Assembly (NCBI GenBank): GCA_041548445.1
Contig: JBFESM010000001.1
Location: forward strand, 1 to 38,067
Length of the DNA stretch: 38,067 nt
Direction: 5' to 3'
Source: Methanothrix sp.
Lineage (GTDB): Archaea; Halobacteriota; Methanosarcinia; Methanotrichales; Methanotrichaceae
The first letter of the stretch is position 1. Each line of letters opens with the position of its first letter. Below, one piece after another: positions 37,391-38,067 of the stretch. The translations under genes were made by a program, and so were the position numbers. The notes under the pieces are model-generated. The model ran no database searches and was not told the origin of the DNA. It saw nothing but the letters and a program-made list of their open reading frames with translations.

Positions 37391-38067
37391 GTGTCTCAAA
37401 AAAGGCCTTTTCACGTGATGATAATCCCAACTTTAGGCTGTCCATCAAGCTGCAGTTATTGCTGGAGTTCCGATGAAAAGTCCCCCATAATGACTATCGA
37501 AACCGTAAAAGAGATCGTCGAATGGCTAAAGAATTTCCGGGACGATCCCGTCACCTTCACCTTCCACGGCGGTGAGCCGCTTATCGCAGGCGCCGACTTT
37601 TATCGGGAGACTCTGTCTTTGCTGACGGAGGGGTTAAGTCATCTGAAAATAGCCTTCGCCCTGCAGACCAACCTATGGAAGCTCACTCCGGAGCTGGCTC
37701 AGGTCCTGGCTGATTACAAAATTCCCCTCGGCTCAAGCTTGGACGGTCCAAAGGAACTCAACGACCTGCAGAGATCTGAGGGATACTATGAGAAGACGAT
37801 GGCTGGCTACGAGATCGCCAAGGCTCACAGCCTTTCCGTCCAGTTCATCTGCACCTTCACCTCCTACTCTGTGGATTTCAAGGAGGATATCGTCAACTTC
37901 TTCCTGGAGAACGGTCTCACCTTCAAGCTCCATCCAGCCCTCCCATCCCTGAAGGACGACAACCCCGAAAAGTGGGCGTTAGATCCTGAAAAGTATGGTG
38001 AGCTTTTGGTCTATCTATTGGACAAATATCTTGAAAACATGAACGAGATCGAGATCAGGAACATCAA
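37391..38067 (+). CDS. TIGR04083-like putative peptide-modifying radical SAM enzyme (partial, runs off the right edge; not in ORF track)
   Basis: Manual translation [48 protein letters not shown], with CxxxCxxC; the frame is open to the window end. Confidence 0.85.
   Translation, partial: MSQKRPFHVMIIPTLGCPSSCSYCWSSDEKSPIMTIETVKEIVEWLKNFRDDPVTFTFHGGEPLIAGADFYRETLSLLTEGLSHLKIAFALQTNLWKLTPELAQVLADYKIPLGSSLDGPKELNDLQRSEGYYEKTMAGYEIAKAHSLSVQFICTFTSYSVDFKEDIVNFFLENGLTFKLHPALPSLKDDNPEKWALDPEKYGELLVYLLDKYLENMNEIEIRNI

Noticed and set aside
37275-37448. 58-aa N-terminal extension of Mmp10 in the ORF track
   Set aside because: Homology starts at MEILADVGG (ATG 37274, with a GGAGAG SD), and the extension would overlap the divergent radical SAM gene.

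Overview
Archaeal chromosomal window from a methanogen. The mcrBDGA operon without mcrC, the McrA sequence and the high GC content point to Methanothrix/Methanocrinis (Methanosaeta harundinacea-like); this assignment is an inference. Left edge (1-1200): a decayed accessory patch just downstream of an intron-containing tRNA-Ser, holding a 5'-truncated Fic gene and two type I R-M HsdS C-terminal remnants that flank a membrane polyferredoxin gene. 1284-17353 (- strand): the large S10/spc ribosomal superoperon, running SPOUT methyltransferase, uL3 to uL15, secY, DUF106, cmk, cbf5, tRNA-Ser, with no adk. 17400-26350: a mixed accessory region with a TIR + zinc-ribbon protein, TRAM RNA chaperone, two orphan ORFs, PaaI thioesterase, GNAT, wHTH regulator, secreted ulilysin-like metzincin, stand-alone DnaJ zinc finger, a candidate structured ncRNA, CDP-alcohol phosphatidyltransferase, Lrp plus an aminotransferase interrupted by an in-frame TAG, and a small secreted protein with 7 N-glycosylation sequons. 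26349-30922: tRNA-Thr, NcsA/TtuA, pelota, tRNA-Asn, tRNA-Ile2(CAT), topA. 31569-38067: mcrBDGA, convergent mmp10, and a divergent TIGR04083-like peptide-modifying radical SAM gene that runs off the window end. Best leads: the amber-interrupted aminotransferase, the candidate ncRNA at about 23280-23516, the TIR-Zn ribbon protein, the radical SAM pair beside mcr, and the HsdS-tail-flanked cassette. All family calls come from motif recognition; no database search was run.
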